Origin: Eledone cirrhosa | Lineage: Eukaryota | NCBI GenBank assembly: GCA_964016885.1 | Contig: OZ024740.1 | Span: 249,612,001-249,676,000, forward strand | Direction: 5' to 3' | DNA length: 64,000 bases | In this document: positions 13,330 through 26,070 of the stretch, piece by piece | Layout: every line of letters starts with the position of its first letter | Position numbering within the stretch: position 1 is the stretch's first letter | Position numbers and translations under genes: made by a program | Notes under the pieces: model-generated | Told to the model about the DNA's origin: nothing | The model's input: the letters and a program-made list of their open reading frames with translations, nothing else | The model's database searches: none

Positions 13330-13660
13330 TACATATGGCACAAGAAATGAGGAACGGGCTAGGCTTCTGAAGTTCTGTGATGCTCTCGACTTAATGATTT
13401 ATAACACAAACTTCAAGAAACCAGCCAGCCACCTGATTACCTACCAATTAGGAGAACATACAAGCCAAATAGACTTCATCCTCACCAGGAAACAGGACAG
13501 GCAAATGGTTGGAAATACCCAAGCCTTTCCTGGGGAAGAATGTACCTCCCAATATAGATTAGTTGTCTGACCTTAGCATAAGTGCTAGATGGACTAAGAG
13601 ACAAAAGCCAGTCTGGAGAAGGAAGAGGTAAGTTAAGAGAACCTGCAGCAACTAACAAAT
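13330..13660 (+). pseudogene. RTE apurinic-endonuclease fragment
   Basis: YGTRNEE...NTNFKK...ITYQ...SQIDFIL; homologous to 46090-47055. Confidence 0.88.
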
Positions 13661-14380
13661 TGGTCTTAGGTCAAATAACGTTCATCTTTTTATTATAGTG
13701 TTGAGTTGCTAAGACCCAAGCAAACAAACTCCACCACCACCTTGACCAACAACAACAACCACAACATCAGCAACTCAACATGGTAATAAAAAGATAAACA
13801 GCATTTGACCTAAGGCCAGTCGACATGATTATTGTTGTTGTTGGTGGTACAGTTTCTGTCATAGTTGGTAGGGGTGATGATGACGCTAATTACAGACCTT
13901 TTTGTCTGCAGCCCATTGACCCCCAGCCCCACATACACTATATGACTGTGTCAGTGCATGTGCATGAGTGTATATGTGTATGTCAGCGATGGTGCATAAG
14001 TGTATATGTGCAGTGTGCATGGCTGTGTGTGTGTGTGTGTGCGAGCAAACAAGTCTCTCAGTGTGCGTGTGCATGTGCGAGTGTGCATTGGTTGGTCTAT
14101 ACCCATGTATATATATATACACCATTTGAGATTAGATGCCCTCAAATGAGATCCTCATTTTGTTTGATTAATGTCTGATGAACAGATTGGAACTGAAGTT
14201 GGGATTATAACACAAATATGAATTCTGAGCCACCCATCTGTGAAATTGAACCTTATAAATAAAAACCTCAAAGTGAAACATCGTTTTGTTCTTCTTAATA
14301 TATATATGCAAAAAGTAAACAGAAATAACAAAGCAAATGACACAGTACAATGAAGAAATATAAGAGTTTTAACATTTCAG

Positions 14381-14481
14381 ATGCCAGTGCTTCATCAGAA
14401 AATAGAAGGAGAAATTAAAGAAGAAATAGAGGAGAGTGAGCAGTGGCAGAAACCACAAACAATTTATTTGGGAAAAAGCAG
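14381..14481 (+). CDS. Candidate exon of an unidentified host gene (MPVLHQKIEGEIKEEIEESEQWQKPQTIYLGKS)
   Basis: TTTTAACATTTCAG acceptor, 101-bp open purine-rich segment, AG/GTCTGT donor, in non-repetitive-looking sequence. No homolog recognised. Confidence 0.4.
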
Positions 14482-14624
14482 GTCTGTTTAGGTTGCCATC
14501 TCTTGTAAAACTATTGAATTCAGCAATTGGTATAAGAAGTTTAATTGGCCGACTTTTGAAAGGCTGTGATCGAAGGAATCTGTATTATGCTGAAAAAGAA
14601 AAATTTGTTTTGTATATAGAGTGG

Positions 14625-14910
14625 ATAAGTAGGTGTTGTTTGTCTGTATGAAGGTATGAGGATATATGTGCGTGCGTGTATTTGTTGCTTGCCTGTTTGA
14701 AGCTATGAGGATATGTGTGTGTGTATATATGTTTAAGTGTTTGTATTTGTTGCTTGTCTGTTTGAAGCTATGAAGATATGTGTGAGTATATAAGTTTAAG
14801 ATAGTGTGCGCATGTGTGTGTGTTTGTTGTTGGTCCGTACAGAACTATGAGTTCAAGTGTAGAGGTGTGTGCATGTTTATTGTTGGTCTGTACAAAGCTA
14901 GAAGGGTGTG
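14625..14910. repeat. Degenerate ~55-70-bp tandem repeat
   Basis: About five copies of TGTTG(C)TTGTCTGT(T)TGAAGCTATGAGGATATGTG. Confidence 0.65.
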
Positions 14911-15632
14911 AGTTTCTGACCATCATCAATATAGCAGAGAAAGCTGGGAAATAGGAAAATAGTACTTCAAATATTAGATCTTATCATTAGACAGTATCTG
15001 ATTTAACTGAAGCCTCAGTGGATATCTAACTTGATGGGCACAACTGCAATCTAACATGTCAGGACTTGAATTTGGCATGTAGAGGACAGTAACTGGTGTG
15101 GAACCAGAACAAAAACTGATGTGCCTGCTTCTTACTACTTAGATATCATTCGTCTATTTACTATGTGTTATTGTAAGATTTTGTGAACAGGAAATACATT
15201 AACTTAACAGACACTAATGACGTGCGGGAGGTTGAAATTATATATATATCGAAAAAGAGACATGTATCATAAGAGTGGAAGAGAGAGAAAAAATTATGAT
15301 ATAGAATACAAGACGCCAATTGCCGAAGCGAAGTGTGCTCAATTCTTAGATGTACAGTGTTAAATATTATAGAAAGGTTAATATTTAATGAGAGTTAAGC
15401 AGGGCAAGTATAAGCAGAATAAATGGAAGAGAAGGCAATACGTTTAAAAAGAAACTTTACATCTTACAGTGTTTCATTTATACTATATCAAAATGACAGT
15501 TCACACATATATACGTGTGTACGGACGCATATACATACATTGCTACAAGTGATATTTGCATAGAATCTTCAGAGAAAAAAAAATTGAAGATCCTATGCAA
15601 ATATCACTTATAGCAATGTATGTAAATATATA

Positions 15633-16170
15633 CAGTATTACTGTTGAAAATATATAGTATAGTATTACTGTTGAAAATATATAGTATAGTATTACTGTTG
15701 AAAATATATAGTACAGCATTACTGTTGAAAATATATAGTATAATACAGTATTACTGTTGAAAATATATAGTACAGCATTACTGTTGAAAATATATAGTAT
15801 AATACAGTATTACTGTTGAAAATATATAGTACAGCATTACTGTTGAAAATATATAGTATAATACAGTATTACTGTTGAAAATATATAGTGTAGTATTACT
15901 GTTGAAAATATATAGTACAGCATTACTGTTGAAAATATATAGTATAATACAGTATTACTGTTGAAAATATATAGTATAGTATTACTGTTGAAAATATATA
16001 GTGTAGTATTACTGTTGAAAATATATAGTACAGCATTACTGTTGAAAATATATAGTATAATACAGTATTACTGTTGAAAATATATAGTACAGCATTACTG
16101 TTGAAAATATATAGTGTAGTACAATATTACTGTTGAAAATATATAGTACAGTATTACTGTTGAAAATATA
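15633..16170. repeat. 27/32-bp minisatellite, ~19 copies
   Basis: Core ATTACTGTTGAAAATATATAGT with mixed 27- and 32-bp periods. Confidence 0.95.
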
Positions 16171-16209
16171 GCTGGCCCGCCCGGCTACCATTGGCGTGTT
16201 CTACAGCAT

Positions 16210-16269
<60 letters not shown>

Positions 16270-16341
16270 CTGATGTACCTAGCTTCGCTTGGATAAACAG
16301 ACGTCTGTGTAGTATAGTATTACTGTTGAAAATATATAGTA

Positions 16342-17448
16342 CTAGCTGAACCGTCCGGCTAGGTATACCTGGATTTTATCTTTTCAGGATTCCCCCCTCC
16401 ACTCCAGTGCAAAGATACCGCACGCCCTCTCAAGTCAGTATGTGTGTGTGTGTGTGTGTGGGGGGGGGGGGGGGTTAACGTGCTCTGATGTTGGGTTCAG
16501 CAGCCAGTACGTTAAAGAAAATTGCTAGTTACAATAATAAAGGCTGAACGGGGAACACATTTTTTAACAAACTTTACAATAATTTGTACAACCATAATGG
16601 AAATTCCAAGTAACAGAAAATATTTAAATTACATTGTTAGAGCCTCAGAGTATACAATATATTTTGTTTGGCCCTCAGGCACAAAGATGAAGAGATTGTT
16701 TGGCGAGCTCACCCTAAAGCATCCTACATACAATTGACCATGGGAGAAGTATGGTTTTCCCAGCTGAAAGCCAGCCACTTTTAGGGTTTGACCCTGAGCT
16801 TTGTTGATGGTAATCGCGAAGCTTAGTCTCTCTGTTGCTCTAGTAACATTTTTTCTTCTGGAAAATCTGATCTTGCAGCCAGGCTGGGACATTTTGGGTA
16901 ACATATCGGCAGTAACAATGACGATAAGCCATCTGTGCTTTTGTGAAATAAATACATTTGTTTCTATTTTGTTTTTGTGTATGCAAAAATATCTGTACAC
17001 GAATATATAATTATATATATTAAAATAACATTAAAGTTTAAGCAAAGAATCGCTGCTTTCACCCTTAACGGGATATTCTGAAAGTAAAAAAACCAATCTG
17101 TGAACGCAGAAGTAAATATTTCGAAAAAGGTTGCAACCGAAGGAAAACAGGAAGACGATACTTTGGTTCGTGAAGACGTTTTCATAATGTCGTAATGCAG
17201 ACAACCAGACATACAGACAGATATTATAAGGGCGCGACGTTATAGATATGTATCTATCTAAAAAGACAGAGTAAGAAAGAGAGAGAGATCGCTAACCGGC
17301 GCCTAATGCGGTCCCTAGGGCATTGAAAATTTGAAATATGTTTTGCTCAAAACACTCACACGACCATAAGTATTATATGTGTAAAGTTTGAACAAAATCG
17401 GTTGGGTGGTTCTCGAGTTTTAGGGAGACAGACAGACATACATTCTCT

Positions 17449-17458
<10 letters not shown>
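16342..17458 (-). mobile_element. Internally deleted Helitron
   Basis: Pif1-type helicase C-terminus FAITINKAQGQT...FSHGQLYVG.SRV-like...IVYSEAL; 3' GC-rich subterminal motif then CTAG|T at 16342. Confidence 0.9.
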
Positions 17459-17502
<44 letters not shown>

Positions 17503-17508
<6 letters not shown>

Positions 17509-18918
17509 TAATGAAATGACAGGAGGCTGGATTTGTGTAAATCCTTGAAAGGTTTATTATACTATGATCATTTCAATGACCGGGTTCCGTATGAATCCGG
17601 TGATATCATCAGGTATTCGAAATATAATACGTGAATGTAATAGATAAAATCCATGGGGCTGAAAATCGAGGACCCGAGGGCGACCGCTATCCAGCACCTT
17701 CTACCTTAGCCGGTCGCCCTCGAGTGACGTGGCTAAAGCTTACAGTGTGCTACTACCGGTCAGATAAAGGAAAACAGAAAGGGATGGGAACATAAGTTAG
17801 CGTTAATCTCATGCCACAAGACAAAAGAAAGAAAGAAAGGAAGAAGAGAGAAGGGGGAAGGAAGAAGAAGAGAAGCCAGGGTTAATGTCAGCTATAAGAA
17901 GAAAGACAGAAAGAAAGAGGAGGAAAAGTCGGTATTACAGTCAGGCCAGGATTGTCGCGAAGAATTTTTTTATTCTACGGGACCCGTATCTTAACAACTT
18001 CTACCGGTCAAATATAGGCGAACAAAAAGGGGAAGGAATATAAGTCTGCGGGAGGAAGACAGAAAGAAGGGAGGAAAGAAGGAAGAAAAGGAAGAAGTAG
18101 AAAAGTCAGAGTTGATGGCTACAAGAAGGAAGATAGAAAGAAAGAGGAAGAAAGGTCGATAATAATGTCAGACTACAGTCAGGTCAGGAGTGGCGCGAAA
18201 AAATTTTCACAGGGACCCGTATCTTAGCAGAGGTAAATATAGTGGGGGTCAGTGTGTTATAATGTGTGAGCAGAAGTTTGGAACGTTACGTTTTTGTTTA
18301 GACTTATAGGATGAAGTTAAAAATTAATAATCAATAATTAATATCAAAGGAATTAGAAAATTCAAAGTTAAACAGTTTAACATTTTAAGGTTGATATATC
18401 CAATAGTTCTGATTTGATCCGTAATTTAAAGGTACTATGTGGCGGTTAAAAAACCGGCCGCGCTCCGGACCTCCTAGGGCGAATCAGGCCACTCCGAGTA
18501 GTTTCATTTACCGAAAGAAGGGGAAATTTATTTTTCCAAGCACTCAAGGTAGGCCCATATATGTAACAATAAATTAGAAAGAAAAAATGTTAGGAAGAAA
18601 AAATTAAAGAAAAGAAGACAAAAAAAGGGGTACATACATACACAGACACGCATGTCTCACAAAAGAAACGCAAAAAATATATATGCTTATATACACACGC
18701 GCACTTACACATCCATACGTTCGATACGTACATACACACACACACATCTTTACATTCACGCATATGAACCTGTTTGCATGCACACGCATAAAACTGAGTA
18801 AGTAAAAAAAGGAAGGGGGGGGGGGAGAAGAAAAAAAGGAACAAAACATAAAACCGAGATGTCAAAAACACGGATATAAAGACACATACACATACGCATA
18901 ATAAATACATACACACAC

Positions 18919-18989
<71 letters not shown>

Positions 18990-20330
18990 CATGCACGCGC
19001 GCGCACGTACGTAATCACTCATGTACATATATAAAAGTATACACACATTAAGGCGTTCAGCCATATTGATACAGGGTGTAAAAAATTTGTGGATAAATAA
19101 GTACAAATATAAAATTGTAAGATTGGCTGCGCAAAAATAAAAAAATAAAAATAAAAATGAAAAATATATCTGGATTGAAAAACACAAAAGACAAGTTTAA
19201 TCAGTTAGTGGAGGAAAAAGGGAAGTAAAAGAAGGGGAAGTAAAAAATGGAAAGCGAATCGGAGAATAAAGGGGGGGGGGATGTGAAGTAAAAATAAAAA
19301 TAAAAATAAAAATAAAAATAAATGAAATTACTGACAAGGATAAAAATGAAAGTAAGTCAGAAAGGGTAATTAAAAAGAGAATAATAAGAGTTTATGGAGG
19401 ATAAGTATCTGAAAGTGTGTTAAGTTTATATGAGCTGGAAAGCAGGTGTGATTTCATGTGTGGGCAACTGGTGAAAATTTCCGTCTTTGTGTTCAGGCAG
19501 GTCTTTGGTGATTTTAGATTTTGCAATATCCAATATTTTTCATTTATGCAGAGCGTGCATTTTCTTGTTCCTCTAGCATATTTTTTAGATTGGTTCAAAA
19601 TTGACCAATCTAATTTATATTGGATGCCTTGGTCTTTCAAATCCCAAATTCTGCTAGCCAGAGCTGTTGTAAATCTTTTTTCTGGATGTCGAAAGGATGC
19701 GACATGTGAGTAATAACGCGTTTTGAATTTGTCTTGCGTCATACCCACATATCGTTCACTGGTGGCTGGATGGTTGTTGCTGATTGTTGTCACTTTAGCC
19801 GCATATACAATGGCTTTGGTGTTGCATTTACCTTGTAATGGGCATTCACTTTTGATTCTACAGGAGCAAGTTTGATTTTCTCTAGGTGATATTTTGTTGA
19901 GGATATAGGACTTAATAGGGGGACCGCAGGAATAGTTAATTTTAACACAGTTTCTGTTAAAGATCTTATAGTATCTATGTGTTCTAGGGAAATGTTTATC
20001 TAGGAGCTCAAGGAATTTTTTGCCTACATTAGTTTTAACTGCTAGAGAGTAGGGGGGTGTGAACCAGATTATTTTTCTTTTCCTATTTTTATGTTTAATA
20101 GAGTTAGTATAGTTAGGTATGTATTTAATCGGTTCGCTAAAACCGCTATTTTGGAGGGCTTTATTATAGTAGGGGGATGCCTTATTAAAAATAGCTTCTG
20201 AGGAAGAGAGGGTGGAGATCCTACGGCTAATATTAGGGATAAGGTTTTTAAAAACTATAGGTGGATGGCAAGATCCTTTATTTATATATTTTAAGTTTTC
20301 ATTAGGTTTATGGTATGGTTTATAAGAATC
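17503..20330 (-). mobile_element. Penelope-like element (Naiad-type): RT thumb + GIY-YIG + long 3' region
   Basis: YVGMTQDKFKTRYYSH...IWDLK...CTLCINEK...LNTKTE...CPH (19392-19793); upstream IIWFTPPYS; 3' end abuts (TA)n. Confidence 0.92.
17559..17616 (-). ncRNA. Type I hammerhead ribozyme
   Basis: Minus strand ATAC-CTGATGA-T..ACCGG..CCGGT..T-GAAA-TGATCA-TA-GTAT; intact core, palindromic ATGATCAT stem III. Confidence 0.85.
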
Positions 20331-20436
20331 AATTCCACTTGGATCCAGGTCTGGTTATATCATTTATTTTGTTTGACCTGTTTAGCTTGACTTGTTTTTT
20401 TGGTTTAGGTGGTTAATGCTATATATATATATATAG

Positions 20437-21090
20437 TTATCGTGAACTCGTGCGCCGATTTTTCGATACTCGATTATTCTACTATATTTAGCTCTAGACC
20501 TAGCTATTGACCAGTTAATTTTATTGTTCATTTTTTGTCGATTCTATTAAATGATGAATAGCTCCTGTTTATTTTAACATGTCTATTGAGCACTCTTATT
20601 CGATATGTGTATTTCCACATTTTCCCGAATATTTTTCGCGGATGTAGAGGTTATCTCCCTTGCCGAATTCCATGTGCGTATTTAGCTTGGGTTATGCCAT
20701 TTCATTCGTTTGGACAAAGCTCGTTGAAGAAGTAAATTTTCCTGTCCACTGATATCTAGAAGTCTTATATATTTTTATGTGAGCTGATAGAGAACAGTTT
20801 AAGGATTTACAGAAACCCAAGAAGCTAGATTTAACATCTTCCTAGCGGGTCCGAGTATGCTTTTTACATTCATTTAATTTATTGATTTATTGATTTTTTA
20901 TCTGAGTGTCCCGAATCTTCCGGATCGCAAATTTTCGATCGTACGGTTGATTATAGACTTGTTCTGTGTGTGACGGTATTTTAACGATAGTTATAGCTCT
21001 GATTTATCTAAATTATGGAGCACTCTGCCGCTCATATCGAATTTTGTTTATCGTGAACTCGTGCGCCGATTTTTCGATACTCGATTATTC

Positions 21091-21098
<8 letters not shown>
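20437..21098 (+). mobile_element. Non-coding element with 51-bp terminal direct repeats (period 611 bp) in (TA)n
   Basis: TTATCGTGAACTCGTGCGCCGATTTTTCGATACTCGATTATTCTACTATAT at 20437-20487 and 21048-21098. Confidence 0.75.
20719..20856 (+). ncRNA. Large type I hammerhead-like motif (C3 replaced by U)
   Basis: GCTCG-TTGAAGA-A-GTAAAT...ATTTAC-A-GAAACCC...GCTAG..CTAGC-GGGTC-CGAGT; all three stems can pair. Confidence 0.65.
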
Positions 21099-21144
<46 letters not shown>

Positions 21145-21146
<2 letters not shown>

Positions 21147-21623
21147 TTTCTGAATTTGTTTAGCAAGATTCTTTATCTGAAAACGTGTGTTGAAACCGAT
21201 ATTGTTATACTTTGGGAGGGTCATGTTGTCAATAAGAAACACACGCACCAGTTGCTTTCACTCCAATTTATTATAAATTAAATTTATAAATTTCCGGTTG
21301 GTTGGTTGGTTCCACAACCGGGCGGTTGTTCATATATTGTCAAAGTTCTTTCGTCACACATTCTGTGACCTCTTCAGTGACTGGGGATTCTTTTCTTTGT
21401 TTTGTGCCTCTCCTTTGTTCTGTCCTACGCCATCTTGTTTTTGTGTGTGTTCATTGAAGAGGTCATAGAATGTGTGACGAAAGAACTTTGACAATATATG
21501 AACAACCGTCCGGTTGTGGAACCAACCAACCACCGGAAATTTATAAATTTTATTTATAATAAATTGGAGTGAAAGCAACTGGTGTGTATGTTTCTTATTG
21601 GCAACATGACCCTCCCAAAGTAT

Positions 21624-21632
<9 letters not shown>
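21145..21632. mobile_element. Penelope-like terminal repeat pair in inverted orientation
   Basis: ~180-bp arms 21199-21378 and 21454-21630; flanked by (TA)n; same family at 60578-60790. Confidence 0.8.
21339..21381 (-). ncRNA. Minimal type I hammerhead ribozyme (mutated twin on + strand at 21450-21492)
   Basis: Minus strand GTCA-CTGAAGA-G-GTCACA..TGTGAC-GAAA-GAAC-TT-TGAC. Confidence 0.75.
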
Positions 21633-21658
<26 letters not shown>

Positions 21659-22435
21659 TAGAGAGAAGAACCAAGTTATACGTAAAACGTCTTTATTCTA
21701 CATATTTCAATACAGAGCGCTAGGTCATACTACGATACATACGAGGTATTTGTTCATCGCTCTACAGGAGTTTTGATATTGTTTGAAGAGATAACTCCAT
21801 ACCACGGATGAGGTTCATACCATACCAATTAATACATTGCAAATCACAAGCGCAATCAAAGCAAAAGAGGTATATTAAAAACAGTATATCAAAATGTTGC
21901 ACTTACGAACATCCAGACATATTTGATTAAAAAGTAGAAGCAATGTTATATGAGATCATATATGTGTATATTGACCAGAAATAATGAGGACGGCACTTAG
22001 TCAATTATACGTTAGCAATACAAATATAAATGGTGAGGAAAGATTATAATTTCATAAGAATCCTAGTTTGAAAACATTGTTTCCATTGATAAGTTGACTT
22101 GCAGCGATATAAAGAAAAAACTTTTACATAAGTACCATGCTTCTTTTTAATATAATACTTCACATGTATTAATATTGCTTATACTAAAATAGGCTAGATA
22201 ATTAAACAATTATTTTCCAGAATTATGTACATTTATATATAAGAATGCTCTCCAAATGTATGTATATAAATATGTATAAAAATAAACAATGTTATAATTA
22301 TTAGTTTAATGGAACTGAACATAATAATTATTAGACTTAAGTAAATAAATAATCTACAGAATTATCCTGTGTCTAGGTGAAAAATAGCTTTGTAGCATAT
22401 TTTTGAAATTTATGCCAACATTAATTTGCACACGG

Positions 22436-22624
22436 GCGGTGGATTGGCAGTATCGGTAGAGGGTTGGACACCATGTTTTGCAGCAAAGAGTTACGGCCCT
22501 TTATGATCTGAGTTCAAATCCTGCCAAGGTTAACTTTGCTTTTCATCCTTATGGGGTCGATAAAATAAAGTACCAGTAATACACTAGAATAATTGCTGGC
22601 CTTGTGCCAAAAGTAGAAACAATT
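22436..22624 (+). mobile_element. SINE family B, full length with TSD
   Basis: Flanking duplication ATTAATTTGCACACGG. Confidence 0.92.
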
Positions 22625-22780
22625 AATTTGCACACGGGTCTGAAAGCTGCATAACGATCAAAACAATTACACCGATAAGAAAGACGGTGTTATGCGGGAC
22701 TGACGTGCCTGTGTATTGTTCCTGGGGTGTATCTTATCATTATAGCCTTCTCGATGGTGGGCAGATTCATTATTAGATAA

Positions 22781-24290
22781 CACTAGTCAACAACCAAAAT
22801 GCTTATGAGACCAGAGTTGCAATTTCCAATTAATTTTAGATCGCTGATAATGAATAACATGGTTAAAATTGGTTGTTAGCTCTACTTTTCAACATACCCA
22901 TACGTTTGTGGTGAGGTGACCTTTGCATTACAGTAGCGCCATATAACTGCTATAGTTAAAAAGTGATATCACCTATATTTTGGATGCAAGATTGGCGACC
23001 AGAATAAGAAGTGGGCTCCTCACATATGCTACAACACTTGTGCTATTAACCTTCGCTAATGGTTGAATAGGAAGAGGAAAGGGATGCCTTTTGCTGTGCC
23101 AATGTTGTGGTGAGAGCGAACAGACCACACCAACAATTGATATTTTTGCATGGTACCTCCAGTAAAAAACAGCTTGTCAAAGGAGAAGAAGGAATCCGTT
23201 GAATATCCAAACATTCCATCAGATATTCACCCAGTTCCACATGGAAAAGATCTGCCTGTTCCTGATACACCAACTTTGGTATCCATCAAGTCAGATGAAG
23301 AAGTGATGAGGAGGAAGCAGAGAAGGATGACAGTACTGGATGATAGAGTAACCCAAATTTTGATGAAGCACACTTCTCTAGACCATATCTCAAAACACAA
23401 GGGGAAGTCCATGATCTTTTCAGGGACCTACAACTACCTAAGAATAAAACAGAGCTGCTAGGCCCTCGTCTTCAACAGTGGAATCTCCTAGCAGCTGATG
23501 TCAAGATTTCAAAAGGTTGTGGCCATCAGCAGCAGTCCAGTGATTTGTTGGCCTGCAACATTATTAATGGTCTGATGGAAGCACTTAATATTGAATATTG
23601 ATCTAGTCACTGGAGGCTATTCATAAATTCATCAAAAGCAAGTCTGACATATGTCTTGTTGCATAATGGCAATAGTGAACCATCAGTTCCTGTGGGCTAT
23701 GCATCACATATGAAAGAAACTAATGAGAATATAAAGCATATGTTGCAGTGCATAAAATATGATGAACACCAATGGCAGATCTGTGGTGACTTAAAGATTG
23801 TTGCTCTTCAAGTTAGTGGCAAAGGGATTTCTCGGAACAGAAGGGAAGGAAACTATGAAGAATTGGTGGAAGACCTCATCAAGGCTTACAAGAATATGGA
23901 ATGTAACATGTCACTTAAAATCCACTTTTTGGAATCACATTTAGACTTTTTTCCAGCGAACTGTGGGGCAGTTAGTGACGAACATGGTGAAAGGTTTCAC
24001 CAAGATATTTCAACCATGGAAAAGCGGTACCAGGGCAAATGTAGCACAACAATACTTATAGACTATTGCTAGACATAGGCAAGAGATGTTTCTTCAGCTA
24101 ACTATAAGCGTCAAGCAAAAAGGTGGAGAGTAGATACGGACTAGAACTTAAAATATGACACATATTGTACGTTATGATAAAATAATCAAATATTACATGC
24201 CGTGTATTTGGATTCAGGACATGAAAATACATAAGAATTAAATAATCTCATCTAAGAAGCACACAACTTTTTAAAAATTGTTGACCAGTG
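22781..24290 (+). mobile_element. Chapaev3-type (CMC) DNA transposon, internally deleted
   Basis: TIRs CACTAGTCAACAA / TTGTTGACCAGTG, TAA duplicated on both sides, transposase motifs ICGDLK and MSLKIHFLESHLDFFP..GAVSDEHGERFHQDI. Confidence 0.88.
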
Positions 24291-24478
24291 TAATAAAGAA
24301 GTAGTTGTGAAAGTTATGTTACATAGCTTATAGATTGTTTCAGCAAGACTCTATACTATCATAATTCCAAGGCAGTTTCTGTTAAGTATAAATACAAATA
24401 AGTTTAATTACTGTAACACTAAGAAGGGATCCATACCCACTCAAAAAAACATAACTGAAGAGTCAAGAAAGAATAATA

Positions 24479-25891
24479 TCACATTAAATAAAGCTGACGG
24501 CCGTATGTAGGTAACAAACTTTCCGCCAAACGACTGGACCAAACAGCACCAAATTTGCACCATAGATGTAACTTTTTCCAAGTAAAAAAGTGAGGGTATT
24601 TTTGTCTACTGAATTTTGTTAAAAGATTAAAGACATTTTTTAAATATTCACTTCTTTAAAATTTAAATGTCAACACTTCCGTTATACGTCATTCCTCACT
24701 TTTTCTTATGACGTCGCACAACATACCCCTCTTTTTCTTAGTCTGTCTTTTTAGATAGATACATAGCTATAACGTAGTGCCCTTATAATATGTCTCTGTA
24801 TGTCTGCCTGTCTGCATTAGATAACGTTTTTCGAAATATTTACTTCTGTGTTCACAGACGGATTTTTTTAGTTTCAGAAGATCCCTTTAAGGGTGAAACC
24901 TTTGCTTAAACTTTAATCTGTTTATTTTAATATATATATTCGTGTACAGATATTTTTGCATACACAAAAACAAAAACCTATTTATTTCACGAAAGCACAG
25001 ACGGCTTATCGTCATTGTTACTGTTCGAGGTGAGAGGATCACAATCTTTCCAAGATCTGAGAACCATCAATGGCCATCAATGTTCCACTTACCGTTTGGC
25101 TTGCCAGATGCGTGGTATGCTACACGATGACAACCATTGGCACCGGCACCTCACCCTGCAAGAAGCAGCAACTGCTAAAGTCACTTCTCAGCTGCTATTA
25201 TGCTGCACAACTGCGATCTCGCCGACCCTCTCGCACTGTGGAACAACTACCGTGAAAGTCTAGCTGAGGACATCCTCCACCGCACACGCAGACACAGACA
25301 CAATCCAAACGTAACATACGATGTTGAGGTGCTCATTTGTCTTGAAAACAGTGTCCTGGAGATTGGTGGTAAGCCTCTAAGTCACTACAGCTTACCTGCT
25401 CCTGACAGGAGTGTCCAGAGGTCAACGTCTACTGAGCTTCTCTGCGAGACAAGCTACGATATCAGTGATTCTCCCATGGTCAATTGTATGTTGGATGCTC
25501 TAGGGTGAGCTCGCCAAACAATCTCTTCATCTTTGCTCCGGAGGGCCGAACAAAAAATATTGTATACTCTGAGGCTCTAACAATGTAATTTAAATATTTT
25601 CTGTTACTTGGAATTTCCATTATGGTTGTACAAATTATTGTTTGTTAAAAAATTTGTTCTCTGTTCAGCCTTTATTGTTGTAACTATCAATTTTCTTTAA
25701 TGTACTTTAATGTACTGGCTCCTGAACTGGGGAATCCTAAAAACTATTCAAACCCAACATCAGAGCGCGTTACACCCCCCCCCCCCCCTACTCGGTGACT
25801 TGAGAGGGCGTGCGGTATCTTTTCACTGGAGTGTAGGGAGGATTCCTGAAAAGATAAAATGCTGGTATACCTAGCCGGACGGGCCAGCTAG
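24479..25891 (+). mobile_element. Internally deleted Helitron
   Basis: A|TC start and CTAG|T end; RepHel linker SFQDLRTING...YRLAC...P.ALWNNYRESLAEDI fused to the helicase C-terminus; 3' part is the reverse complement of 16342-16750. Confidence 0.9.
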
Positions 25892-25921
25892 TATACTATA
25901 TATATATATATATATATATAT

Positions 25922-26070
25922 AATCATCATTGTTTAATGTCGATTTTCCACGCTAGCATGGGTTAGATGGGTTGTCTCGTTTGAGGCAAATCGGGTCAGG
26001 TGATCATGTTTACTCATACAGAACTGTTTCTCGCTTGGTTTCTATGGCTGAATGTCCTTCCTAATGCCAA
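25922..26070 (-). mobile_element. RTE 3' end leading into the satellite
   Basis: ATCATCATT...TTCCACGCTAGCATGGGTTAG...CCTTCCTAATGCCAACCAC, as at 9156-9310 and 43014-43180. Confidence 0.9.
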
